Origin: Nannocystis bainbridge
Lineage (GTDB): Bacteria > Myxococcota_A > Polyangia > Nannocystales > Nannocystaceae
Direction of reading: 5' to 3'
Length of the DNA stretch: 64,000 nt
NCBI RefSeq assembly: GCF_028368995.1
Contig: NZ_JAQNDL010000004.1
Location: 288,001 to 352,000 of the forward strand
Below are positions 37,213-46,608 of the stretch, piece after piece. How positions within the stretch are numbered: position 1 is the first letter of the stretch; each line of letters begins with the position of its first letter. Under the pieces are notes generated by a model. That model searched no databases. It had not been told where the DNA came from and worked only from the letters and a program-made list of their open reading frames with translations. Both the position numbers and the translations under genes were made by a program.

Positions 37213-38001
37213 ATGATCGGCCTCGAGGACATCGCCATCACCCGCTGGGGCGCTGTGGGACCGCGCATCGTCCTCGTCCACGGCGGGGTGCAGGGCAGCA
37301 AGGTCCGCGGCGAGCGTCACTTCTCGGCGCAGGCGCGGCTCGTCGACCGCGGCTTCCAGCTGCTCGTGCCCGACCGGCCCGGCCACGGACGCAGCTCGGC
37401 GCCGGGCCGCCCTGACGACGCCGAGGCTGACGGCGAGTGGGCCGCGCAGTTGCTGGGCGACGGCGCCCACCTCGTCGGTCACTCGTTCGGCGGCTGCGTC
37501 GCGCTCGCTGCCGCGGCCCGGCGGCCCGCCGCGGTCCGCAGCCTCACGCTCATCGAGCCCGCCATGCTCGCGCTCGCCATCGCCAGCCCTGCCGTCCTCG
37601 GCTTCGTGCTCCGCACCGCCCTCACGCTCAAGCTCTCGCGCGATCACGAGGCCCGCGCCCGGCGGTTCGGCGAGCTCATGCACATCCCCGACGGCCTCCA
37701 CGGCGACGACGCGTCCGAGCTCGCCGCCATCGGCCAGGCCATCGAACACCTCGTGGTCCCGCGCAAGGTCGACCTCGAGCGCGAGCTCGCGGTCATCGCT
37801 CAGGCGGGCATCCCCCTGCTGGTCGTCACCGGCGGCTGGGGCCGCGCCCTCGACGTGTCCGCCAGGAGGGCCGCCGTCCTGGGCCGCGGCCGCCTCGTCA
37901 CCATCGAGAGCCCCCATCACTTCCCGCAGCTCGTCTCCGAAGCGTTCAACGAGCGCCTCGCCGCCTTCGTCACCGCCGCGGAGCGCCGCCTGGTCGCCTG
38001 A
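37213..38001 (+). CDS. alpha/beta hydrolase
   Basis: LVHGG, DRPGHGRS, GHSFGG and HFPQ. Confidence 0.85.
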   Translation: MIGLEDIAITRWGAVGPRIVLVHGGVQGSKVRGERHFSAQARLVDRGFQLLVPDRPGHGRSSAPGRPDDAEADGEWAAQLLGDGAHLVGHSFGGCVALAAAARRPAAVRSLTLIEPAMLALAIASPAVLGFVLRTALTLKLSRDHEARARRFGELMHIPDGLHGDDASELAAIGQAIEHLVVPRKVDLERELAVIAQAGIPLLVVTGGWGRALDVSARRAAVLGRGRLVTIESPHHFPQLVSEAFNERLAAFVTAAERRLVA

Positions 38002-38149
38002 GAATCCGCGCAGCGGGGGCGGGTGAGCCTCACGCACCCGCGGATGTCTCTCGGGACAGGTCGGTCCGCAACCTGCGGGCGTCCCGAGTCCCGCAGGGCC
38101 GTACCGGAGTGCGTCTCCAGGTCGGCTGCTCGACGAGGCTCAACCCCAG

Positions 38150-38608
38150 TCATTGCCGCATTGAAGGACCCTCGTTCGAGAGCCTGGGTTCGGCCTCGGG
38201 TCTGCGGCTCACCAGGCACGCGACGCGATCGATGCGGTCCGCGAACTCGATCGCCGCACTGGCATCCGCGGCCTCCCCCGACACCGAGCGCACGATCTTG
38301 CCGCCATCACCGCGAATAACGAGCATCGCCTTCCGCGTCGCCATGTACACGAGGACGAGCACGACGGCAGCGACAGCCCCGAGTGCGATCTTGTCTGCCA
38401 ACCCCGCGACGACAAGGGTGATGACAGCGAGGACCAGCAAGCCCGGTTCTTCGCGCTTGACGACCTCCGTACCGCTGAGGCAGTGCAGGAGGAGCGTCGT
38501 CGAAGTGTTCGTCTCTTGATTGCGATAGACCACGCGGTGCGTGGTGAGTGTCACCGCGTTCCAGGTGCAGAGCTCGTGCTCGTTCGGGAAGTACTTGCGT
38601 TGCGTCAT
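38150..38608 (-). CDS. hypothetical membrane protein
   Basis: VTLTTHRV motif followed by two TM helices; codon usage less GC-skewed than neighbours. Confidence 0.6.
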   Translation of the reverse strand: MTQRKYFPNEHELCTWNAVTLTTHRVVYRNQETNTSTTLLLHCLSGTEVVKREEPGLLVLAVITLVVAGLADKIALGAVAAVVLVLVYMATRKAMLVIRGDGGKIVRSVSGEAADASAAIEFADRIDRVACLVSRRPEAEPRLSNEGPSMRQ

Positions 38609-38758
38609 GATGCTTCGACGTTTCGGCAGGCCAGGCGGCCCGTATCAGCGGGGCCGGGTCGCGGGGTCCAGGCGCGGAGACCTGCCAGAACTCAGCGCCC
38701 TGGGGTCTGAACAGGTAGTGTCGGCAGCCGGCCAGTCCGGTCACGGAGAGCGCTCGTT

Positions 38759-39270
38759 CGATGGCAGGCGAGGGCACCCGGACCCACCACGACCCGCGGC
38801 TGTCCCGAGAGACATACGCGCCACAAACCCAGTCGCCCGGCGACCAGGCAGGGCCATGATGGTCTTCACAGGGCGGGCGAGGGGCGGCGCAGTGGGAGGC
38901 AGCGAGGTCCCCATGCCTCACGCGCAGGCGCGGCGGGCCTCTACGGACACGCCCCGTCGAGTCGATGGCAGGCGAGGGCACCCGGACCCACCACGACCCG
39001 CGGCTATCCCGAGAGACATACGCGCCACAAACCCAGTCGCCCGGTGACAGGCGGGGCCGCGACGGTCTTCACAGGGCGGGCGAGGGGCGGCGCAGCTGAC
39101 TCACCACGACAATCGGCTGTCCCGAGAGACATACGCGCCACGAGCCCCTTTGCGCGGTGACCAGGCGGGGCCACGACGGTCTTCACAGGGTGGGCGAGGG
39201 GCGGCGCAGTGGGACGCAGCGAGGGGCCCCATGCCTCACGCGCAGGCGCGGCGGGTCTCTGCGGACAGGG
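38759..39270. repeat. ~204-bp direct repeat (2 copies plus a partial third)
   Basis: atggcaggcgagggcacccggacccaccacgacccgcggct(g/a)tcccgagagacatacgcgccacaaacccagtcgcccgg at 38761 and 38965; partial copy from ~39114. Confidence 0.9.
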
Positions 39271-39376
39271 CCCCGTCGCACCCTCCGCGCCGAGCATGTG
39301 GCATGGCAGGTCTCGCGTCGCGACGGACCCGCTGCGCCGCCCCTCGTCCGCCCGCTCGACAATATCCTGGCCCCGC

Positions 39377-39515
39377 CCCGAGGGACCCGCGACAGGAGCC
39401 GCGCGACGAGACCTGTCCCGAGGGACAGGCGACAGGAGCCGCGCGACGAGACCTGTCCCGAGGGACACGCGACAGGAGCCGCGCGGCGAGACCCCGAGGG
39501 ACGCGCGACGAGAGC
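39377..39515. repeat. 40-bp tandem repeat x~3
   Basis: gcgacaggagccgcgcgacgagacctgtcccgagggaca repeated; each full unit carries TGTC-ccgagg-GACA. Confidence 0.9.
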
Positions 39516-39610
39516 CGCCTGCAGACGACCCTCGAGAGCGAAGCGAGCAAAACGCGAAGAGCCCCCGTGGACGCGCCACGAGAGCTCCTGCGCCTCGGCG
39601 TCGAGTCAGC

Positions 39611-41440
39611 CTACCAGCGAGCCTGCGCCAGCAAGAAGAACCCGAGCCGGTTCGTCACGTTCGGATCCTCGAACACGCGGATCCGGCCCGACTCGTTGCT
39701 CGCCTTCACGAACTTCGTCCGGTTGTTGTCGAGCGTATAGCGCAGCTCCGACACCACCACGAAGAACGGCGCGATGTCCCACTTCAGCGTCAGCTTGCCC
39801 GACAGGATGTCGAACGGGTTCTGGCCGGCTGGCAGGACCTCCTGGTCCCAGAACTCGCGGTACACGTTCGTCGTGTCGCCGACCTTGATCGACGCCGGCG
39901 ACTTGTACGCCAGCACGGCGCCGGGCGTCAGCTTCGAGCGCTCGAAGTAGTAGTCGAGGCCCAGCGAGCCCCACAGCTCGGGCGACACCCGCGCCTCGTG
40001 GGGGAACGTCTGGTACGGGAACACGCCCGGGATCGACAGCACCACGAACGCCAGGTCGCGGTAGATGGCATTCGCGAACAGGCGCAGCTTCTTGATCCGC
40101 AGCTTGCCGAGGAACGCCGCCGCCTTGGCCGGCTGGATCCGCGTCGTATCGGGCTGCTCGAACTGCTGCAGCGTCTGGCCGACCGTCGTAAACTCGATCG
40201 CTGCCGAGCCGGCGGTGCGGTTGTCGTAGATCTGGTTCTGCGTCAGCAGGAAGCTGGCGTCCGGGCTGTAGCGGAACAGCTGGAAGTCGATCGACGTGCC
40301 GATCGGGACGCCCCAGTGGGCCGTCAGGCGGGTCGAGCCGCCGAACGTCTGCACCGTCTTGCCGCCGATGCGCGAGTTCGGCGAGAACATCGGGAACGCG
40401 CCCGACTGGTAGTAGCCGCCGTTGACCTCCCACGCGAGCCACGGCGTGAAGCCGATGCCGAACCCGGCGAGCGCCGAGTAGTACGTCTGCGGCTCGTTGA
40501 TCTTCTCGTTGAGCAGGCGCGCCGACTTGGCGCCGAGGAACACGTAGCTGTCCTTGCCGGTGCCGACGTTCCAGTCGTAGCGCAGGCGCAGGCCCGGCGT
40601 CTGGCCGGTGTTGTTGGGGAACATGCGCTCGCCGCCCCACGTGACCGCGTACGTGTACCCGAGCAGGAACCGCTGCGAGTCGACCGGGAACATCGTCAGC
40701 GAGATGTTATCGCCGGTGTAGTCGTTGCGCTTCGTGTAGAAGTTGAGCTTGCCGTACGAGCCGTCGTCGCTGAGCGTCGTGTAGTTCTGGAACGTCTTGC
40801 CGTCGTGCCACTGCTCGATCTCGGTGACGAACGCCGCCTCCGCGTCCATCCGCTTGAAGAACGTCGGCATGCGCTTGTAGACGACGAGCTGCGTCTCGGT
40901 CTCGAAGCCGCGCTTCTCCTGCTCGATCGCGTCGTAGAACAGGCGGTCGGCCGCCAGCTTGAAGCCGGCCGAGGGCGAGCGGTCCTTCGCGCCGGCGAGC
41001 AGGTTGTCGTCGGAGATGGCGAACGTGAGGCGCGTCGCCATCGCGTTGCCGGCCGTCCACTGGTTGTAGCCCGTCGACGGCATCGCCCGCTGGTCGTCGA
41101 CGCTGCGGCGCTGCTCCTGGGTGGCCAGGCGCTGCTCGGCGCGGTCGACCCGCGTGCGCAGGGCCCGGAGCTCCTTCTGCAGCGCGTCGATGTCGACCGC
41201 CTGCGTCGTGCTGGTCGGAGGGGCAGGTCCCTCGGCGCTGGTCGCATCCGGCTCGGCCGGCGGCGGCGCGGCCGACGGGGCTGGCGGCGTCAGCGTCGGC
41301 GTCTGGCTGGCCGAGGCAGGCGGCTGGCTCGACCCGGGGGGCGGACCGGAGTCGCCCTGGCTGGGCTGGAGCGACGCGAGGGCGAGGCCGGGCGCGAGCC
41401 AGGCGACGGCGAGGACGGCGGCGGGAAGGGGCCACTGCAT
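39611..41440 (-). CDS. probable outer-membrane beta-barrel protein with N-terminal coiled coil
   Basis: Signal peptide, Pro-rich linker, IDALQKELRALRTRVDRAEQRL coiled coil, aromatic-rich amphipathic strands, C-terminal FFLLAQARW beta-signal. Confidence 0.75.
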   Translation of the reverse strand: MQWPLPAAVLAVAWLAPGLALASLQPSQGDSGPPPGSSQPPASASQTPTLTPPAPSAAPPPAEPDATSAEGPAPPTSTTQAVDIDALQKELRALRTRVDRAEQRLATQEQRRSVDDQRAMPSTGYNQWTAGNAMATRLTFAISDDNLLAGAKDRSPSAGFKLAADRLFYDAIEQEKRGFETETQLVVYKRMPTFFKRMDAEAAFVTEIEQWHDGKTFQNYTTLSDDGSYGKLNFYTKRNDYTGDNISLTMFPVDSQRFLLGYTYAVTWGGERMFPNNTGQTPGLRLRYDWNVGTGKDSYVFLGAKSARLLNEKINEPQTYYSALAGFGIGFTPWLAWEVNGGYYQSGAFPMFSPNSRIGGKTVQTFGGSTRLTAHWGVPIGTSIDFQLFRYSPDASFLLTQNQIYDNRTAGSAAIEFTTVGQTLQQFEQPDTTRIQPAKAAAFLGKLRIKKLRLFANAIYRDLAFVVLSIPGVFPYQTFPHEARVSPELWGSLGLDYYFERSKLTPGAVLAYKSPASIKVGDTTNVYREFWDQEVLPAGQNPFDILSGKLTLKWDIAPFFVVVSELRYTLDNNRTKFVKASNESGRIRVFEDPNVTNRLGFFLLAQARW

Positions 41441-41498
41441 GGGGTACGTGGTCTCTCGGCTACGGGACCGGAGGCGTCGGCGGGGGGCGAGGTCCGGG

Positions 41499-42944
41499 TT
41501 ACTTGACGAGGTCGTCGGCGGTGCGCGGGGCCAGCTTGAAGTTCTCGAAGCTGAACACCAGCGGGCCGGTGATCGACGCGAAGGTGTCGTCGACCGCGGG
41601 CTTGGGCCAGTCGGCGGTGGCGAAGAACAGGTCGTCGAGGCGGAGGCCGCCGTCGATCGTCCACTCGCCGAACATGTCGGCCTCGGCGGTCACCGTCACG
41701 TTCTCGACGGTGACGAGCACCGACTCGTAGTTCTCGCTCATCGAGCCCGAGGTGGCGACGTCGGCCGCGTCGACCACGATCGGCGAGGGCACGGCGTCGG
41801 TGCCGCTGACGATCACGTCGCCGGCCTTGCCGGCGGTGATCTGCGACATCTCGTAGAACTCGGAGTAGAGCCCGTTGATGGTGACGACGTCGCCGGGCTG
41901 GACCGCCAGCATGTCGGGGTTCTGGTTGATGTAGACGTAGATGCCCGAGTACTCGCCGCCGGCCGGGTCCTGGACGAAGAAGCCGTCCTTCTTGAAGTTC
42001 AGCGGGCTGGTGACGACCACGTTCTCGACCGTGACGAAGCTGCCCTCGCCGACGTTGCCTTGCTGGATGTCGAAGATCGTGACGGCGCCCATCGGTCCGG
42101 TCGTGGTGTCGGTGTCGGTGTCGGTCGTGTTGCCGCCCTCGCACTCGAAGCCGACGTAGTCGTCGCAGCTGCGCGGCACCAGCTTGAAGTTGCCGAAGTT
42201 GTAGACCAGCGGCCCGGTGAGGGTCAGCGTGGTGTCGACCGGCGGCTTGGGCCCGCCCTCGGGCAGGAAGAACATGTCGTCGATGCGCAGGCCGCCGGTG
42301 ACCTCGAACTCGCCGAAGCCGAGGTCGGCGTTGGTGACGTCGACGTTCTCGACGGTGACCACCACGCTCTCCCACACCTCGGTCAGCGCGCCGCCGTTGG
42401 CGATGTCGGGCGGCGACACGACCGGCGGGGTCGGGGGGGTGGCGGTGCCGGTGATCATGATGTCGTCGGCGAGCGAGATGTTGATCTCGCTGAACGTCTC
42501 GGTGCCGGTGTCGTCCATCGCCTTGTACTCGACGTACTCGCCGACGACGGTGAGCTTGTCGCCCGGCTTCGGCACCTTGCCCTGGGCCATCAGCTCGGTG
42601 GCGGTGTCAGGGTAGATGTAGAGCTGGATGCCCGAGTACTCGCCGCCGTCGAGCTCCTGGATGAACACCGAGCCAGCCCCGCTGCCGCTGAACTTCGTCG
42701 GCGAGACGACGACCACGTCCTTGACGCGCACCAGCGAGTTCGGCGTGACCTTGTCCTGCTGGAGGTCGAAGATGGTGGTGTCTTGCAGGCCACCGCCGTC
42801 GGTCGGCTGGTTGCCGGTCGGCGAGGAGTCGCCGGTGCCGGCGGTGCCGTCGGTCGCCGTCGCGTCGTCACCCGCGGTGGTGGAGTTGTTGAACGCGTTG
42901 CAGGCGAACAGACACAGCGCAGTGCAGGGGACGAGTCGACGCAT
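41499..42944 (-). CDS. lipoprotein with two tandem ExeM/YhcR-like OB-fold modules and no nuclease domain
   Basis: CLFAC lipobox; duplicated TIFDxQQ...FxQxxxGGEYSGI...PGD...ESVxVTVENV...GGLRxDD...TGPL...FKLxPR. Confidence 0.75.
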   Translation of the reverse strand: MRRLVPCTALCLFACNAFNNSTTAGDDATATDGTAGTGDSSPTGNQPTDGGGLQDTTIFDLQQDKVTPNSLVRVKDVVVVSPTKFSGSGAGSVFIQELDGGEYSGIQLYIYPDTATELMAQGKVPKPGDKLTVVGEYVEYKAMDDTGTETFSEINISLADDIMITGTATPPTPPVVSPPDIANGGALTEVWESVVVTVENVDVTNADLGFGEFEVTGGLRIDDMFFLPEGGPKPPVDTTLTLTGPLVYNFGNFKLVPRSCDDYVGFECEGGNTTDTDTDTTTGPMGAVTIFDIQQGNVGEGSFVTVENVVVTSPLNFKKDGFFVQDPAGGEYSGIYVYINQNPDMLAVQPGDVVTINGLYSEFYEMSQITAGKAGDVIVSGTDAVPSPIVVDAADVATSGSMSENYESVLVTVENVTVTAEADMFGEWTIDGGLRLDDLFFATADWPKPAVDDTFASITGPLVFSFENFKLAPRTADDLVK

Positions 42945-43240
42945 GATTCCAGCTCCTTCGCAGCTCGTGGCCTCGAGAGGCCGTGCAGTGATTCGCGGCG
43001 CGTGCCGCCAGAAGAGGCGTTCCGTGCGCCCGGACACTTACTTTGCGGCCAAGCGCGATGTCAAGCCTGGCCCCTGTGATGCAGCGAGCGAGGCCGGGTC
43101 CCAGGCCCGCCTTTGTGAGGCGATCCCCCAGCGAACGTTGTGACGCGGTCGACAACGGGACGACGTCGGGCCGACGTCGGCGCCGCACGCGGGGCGCCGC
43201 CGCGAACGTTGAACCACGGGCGCCGAGGCCGAGCCGCGGG

Positions 43241-44335
43241 CTACTGCGAGGACGACTGGATGTCGGCGTCGTCGCGGGTGTAGAGCAGCCAGGACGGTCG
43301 CGCGGCGGCGTGGTAACGCAGGTCGCCGACGATGTTCAGCTTGCCGCCGACGTGGTCGGCCGGGTCGAAGCCGGTCGCGCTGAGGGCGCTGACGACGTTG
43401 ACCCCGCCCTTGCCGTTGTTGCAGTTGCCGGAAGGGTCGACGAGCACCACCCACTGGCCGAACGTCGCGTAGCCGTCACCCAGCGGACACACCGTGACGT
43501 CTCGCACCTCGACCAGACGGCTCTCCAATTTCTCCATCGCCTGATCGTCGTCGACGAGATCGCTGGTGATTTGCACGGGCACCAGGTTGGACAGCTTGCC
43601 GCCGACCCGGTAGGTCGGGAAGCTGAGCTCGGTGAAGCCGTAGAACTCGACCACCGTGCCGATGATGTCCTCGATCACCGAGCCCTGCTCGATGCCCTTC
43701 GGCCGCGAGTGCGTGTGGGCGAAGATGGCGTTGTAGCCGGTCGCCATGTCGGTCAGGTCGGTCAAGTAGAAGCCGTCGACGGCGATGCCGGTGACCACCA
43801 GCGTGCGACCCTCGGCGTTGACCTTGACGAAGTCGCCGTTGAGCGGCGAGCTGGCCGGGATGTCGGTCTCGTTGATCTCGCGCAGGGTCGGGTGGGCGAC
43901 GTGGATCGTCGGCGACAGGCCGGTGGCGTAGCTGCCCGGGGCCTCCTCGGTGCCGCGGTCCTCGACCCAGATGTTGGTGGCGCCGTGGGCCCGCATGACC
44001 TCGACCGGGACGCCCAGCGCCTGGCCCTCGGTGACGGTGATCGTGGTCGGCTGACCCGCGGCGAGCTGCCCGCGCGGGGCGACGTCGAGAGTGACCTGTC
44101 CCGAGAACCAGGTGGCAGTCTCGCCGGCGTCGTCGACGGCGCGGATGTCGAGGACGAACTGCCGGCCGCTGCCGCTGTAGATCAGCGGGGCCTTCTCGCT
44201 GCCGACCTCGCCCTCGACTTCGACCTTGAAGGTGAGCGGCGCGACCTTGCCGGTGCTCTTGTCGATCTCCTGGACGCAGGCGGGGCCGCCGGCGAGCAGG
44301 AGGGCGAGGACGGAGACGGGGTGCTTCGTGTTCAT
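43241..44335 (-). CDS. OB-fold lipoprotein
   Basis: GGPAC lipobox; GFYLTD, IIGTVVEFYGFTEL and EKLESRLVEVRDV resemble OB modules of extracellular nucleases. Confidence 0.7.
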   Translation of the reverse strand: MNTKHPVSVLALLLAGGPACVQEIDKSTGKVAPLTFKVEVEGEVGSEKAPLIYSGSGRQFVLDIRAVDDAGETATWFSGQVTLDVAPRGQLAAGQPTTITVTEGQALGVPVEVMRAHGATNIWVEDRGTEEAPGSYATGLSPTIHVAHPTLREINETDIPASSPLNGDFVKVNAEGRTLVVTGIAVDGFYLTDLTDMATGYNAIFAHTHSRPKGIEQGSVIEDIIGTVVEFYGFTELSFPTYRVGGKLSNLVPVQITSDLVDDDQAMEKLESRLVEVRDVTVCPLGDGYATFGQWVVLVDPSGNCNNGKGGVNVVSALSATGFDPADHVGGKLNIVGDLRYHAAARPSWLLYTRDDADIQSSSQ

Positions 44336-44352
44336 GGCGGGCGACCTCGTTC

Positions 44353-46152
44353 CTAGTACTTGGTGACGATGCGACCGTCGGGCACGGCGTACCCGGACTT
44401 GCAGAGGTCGAGCGGCGTGTTGGTGTCGTAGCAGGCGGGCAGCTGCGGGATGTCCCGCATGTACTGGATCATCGCCTCGCGGATCGGGATGCCGGTGTTG
44501 ACCTTGGTGGTGTTGCGCTTGAGCATGCGGAAGCCGCTGCCGCCCCACGCCATGTAGTCGTTGGTGCACATGTCGTAGGCGCGGGCGGACTTGAGCGGCT
44601 CGCCGTTGATCTTGATGTCCTCGGCCTTGCCGGTGCGACAGTTCATCGTGAAGCTGATGCCGGAGACCTGGATCTGCGAGTTGCAGCCGCGCTCGGCGCT
44701 CGAGCGGGTGGCGAAGTCCAGCAGCTCCTGGACCTCGAGGCCGCTCAGGATCATCGTCGTGATCGTGTTCTCGAACGGCATCACGTTGTACATCTGCTCG
44801 TACGTGATCGGGCCGGCGAGGATGTCGGTGCGGATGCCGAGCGAGTTGGTGACGCAGAACTCGGTCTCGATGTAGCGGCGGTACTGCATCGCCTCGGCGA
44901 CCAGGTTGCCGAGCATGCTGTCGCCGCCGGTGTTGCCGAACCGCCGCAGCGACTCGGTCGCGGTCGTGATCACGCGGTCGAGCAGCAGCGTCTGCGCCAT
45001 CTCGTTGATGTACTCCTGCAGGACCTCGCGGGTCTCCGGGTCCTCGGGCACGGTGGCGTCGATCGGGAACAGCTTGAACTTGTGCGAGATGATGTGCTTG
45101 TCGCGGACGACGATGTCGAGCCGCGAGACGAACTTGGCGAACGCGTTCGGGTGGGCCAGCAGGGTCTGGCGCCGGTGCTCGGGCTTGCACTCGCCGATGC
45201 CGCGCGGCGGGTCCTTGCCGTCAGGGTCGGCGCCGGCCTCGGGGTCGTCTTCCTCGCCCTCGCTGTCGACCGTCACGACCTCGGCGTCCATGTCGGGCCG
45301 GGCCGAGATGTACTTGGCGTCGGGGTTGTAGTCGATCAGCTTGGGCGGGCTGAGGGCGATGTGGTGGTGGCCGCCGAGGATCAGGTCGAGGCCACAGATG
45401 TTGCGCGCCAGGACCTCGTCCTCGGTCAGCCCGAGGTGGTCGAGCAGGACCACCAGGTCGACCGACTCGCGCAGGAAGTTGGTGTAGAACTGGACGGTCT
45501 GCAGGGTCTCCTTCGGCAGGACCCCGAGGTTGTTGGTGCCGTCCTCGAGGCTGTTCATCGAGCTGAGGTTGCCCATGCCGATGATGCCGAGCTTGAGGCC
45601 GTCGACGTTGTAGACGACGAACGGCTTGACGATGATGTCGAACTTGGTGGCGAACGGCTTGGCGTCGTCCTCGAACTCGTAGTTGGCGGCCAGCAGGTCG
45701 AAGTCGCCGAAGCTCGAGAACTGCTCGAGCACGTTCTCCGGGCCGTGGTCGAACTCGTGGTTGCCGAGCGCCATGGCGTCGAGACCGGCCATCGACATCG
45801 CCCGCACCTCGGCCTCGCCGTTGAAGATGTTGAAGATCGGGGCGCCCTGGAACAGGTCGCCGGAGTCGACCCAGATCGAGCGTCCGGCGTGCTCTCGCTC
45901 GCGCTTGACGATGTGAGCCATGCGCGCGACGCCGCCGTACGGCCCGCGGCCCTTGGCCAGCCCGAGCTGCTGCTCGGTGTAGAGCGGGACGTGGTCGTAC
46001 GGCAAGATCCGCGAGTGCACGTCCGAGGTGTGCAGGATCGTGAGCCGGACGTCCTGACCGGTGAGGTCGGGGTTGTCGGCCTCGTAGAGGCACGAGCCCA
46101 GCGAAAGGGTCGCAAGCAGGCCGAGGGCGATCGAAGGACGCGAGTTCCGCAC
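44353..46152 (-). CDS. bifunctional metallophosphatase/5'-nucleotidase lipoprotein (UshA-like)
   Basis: HTSDVHS, DSGDLFQG, GNHEFD, DHLG and GGHHH; C-domain NSLGIR and MPFENT; LSLGSC lipobox. Confidence 0.92.
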   Translation of the reverse strand: MRNSRPSIALGLLATLSLGSCLYEADNPDLTGQDVRLTILHTSDVHSRILPYDHVPLYTEQQLGLAKGRGPYGGVARMAHIVKREREHAGRSIWVDSGDLFQGAPIFNIFNGEAEVRAMSMAGLDAMALGNHEFDHGPENVLEQFSSFGDFDLLAANYEFEDDAKPFATKFDIIVKPFVVYNVDGLKLGIIGMGNLSSMNSLEDGTNNLGVLPKETLQTVQFYTNFLRESVDLVVLLDHLGLTEDEVLARNICGLDLILGGHHHIALSPPKLIDYNPDAKYISARPDMDAEVVTVDSEGEEDDPEAGADPDGKDPPRGIGECKPEHRRQTLLAHPNAFAKFVSRLDIVVRDKHIISHKFKLFPIDATVPEDPETREVLQEYINEMAQTLLLDRVITTATESLRRFGNTGGDSMLGNLVAEAMQYRRYIETEFCVTNSLGIRTDILAGPITYEQMYNVMPFENTITTMILSGLEVQELLDFATRSSAERGCNSQIQVSGISFTMNCRTGKAEDIKINGEPLKSARAYDMCTNDYMAWGGSGFRMLKRNTTKVNTGIPIREAMIQYMRDIPQLPACYDTNTPLDLCKSGYAVPDGRIVTKY

Positions 46153-46551
46153 GGTTGCGGCGAGAGGTAACAGGCCCCGCGCGTTCGCGCAATCCGGACC
46201 GGGGTCGCGGCGGTCGTGGCCCAGGTCATGCTCCCCGGGCCCGACCGCGTGCAGGCTCCGCGGGCCGAACGCTGCTCCGGCCGCGGCTCCAGGCGGTGCG
46301 TGCGCGTGTCGCTTTAAAGTCACAGGCAGGCGTCGGCAGCCTCGCACGCGGGTCACACCGCGGCTCTGCTTGCTCGGGTTCGGAGACCCCCTCGTCGCCG
46401 TCCGCGGGATCGTGACACCGAGCGGGCTCGCCGTCGCCGGTGCCGGACCTCCGACCATCGGCGGCGGGGGTGCAGCCCTGAGCGACGCGGGGTCGGGGCC
46501 GCGCGGTCGACCTGCCGCGCTCGCGGTGCAGGCGTGGCGGGCACGTGAACA

Positions 46552-46583
46552 TGACCGCAGGGACATGCCCGAACGGACATGTC
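46552..46583. promoter_or_regulatory. 14-bp-period TGTC-N6-GACA-like array
   Basis: tgac-cgcagg-gaca|tgcc-cgaacg-gaca|tgtc. Confidence 0.55.
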
Positions 46584-46608
46584 CCTGCGGTAAGGTCGGG
46601 CGGAGCGA

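Noticed and set aside
38759-39515. Possible CRISPR array or IS element
   Set aside because: Tandem units lack unique spacers; no transposase ORF or terminal inverted repeats were recognised
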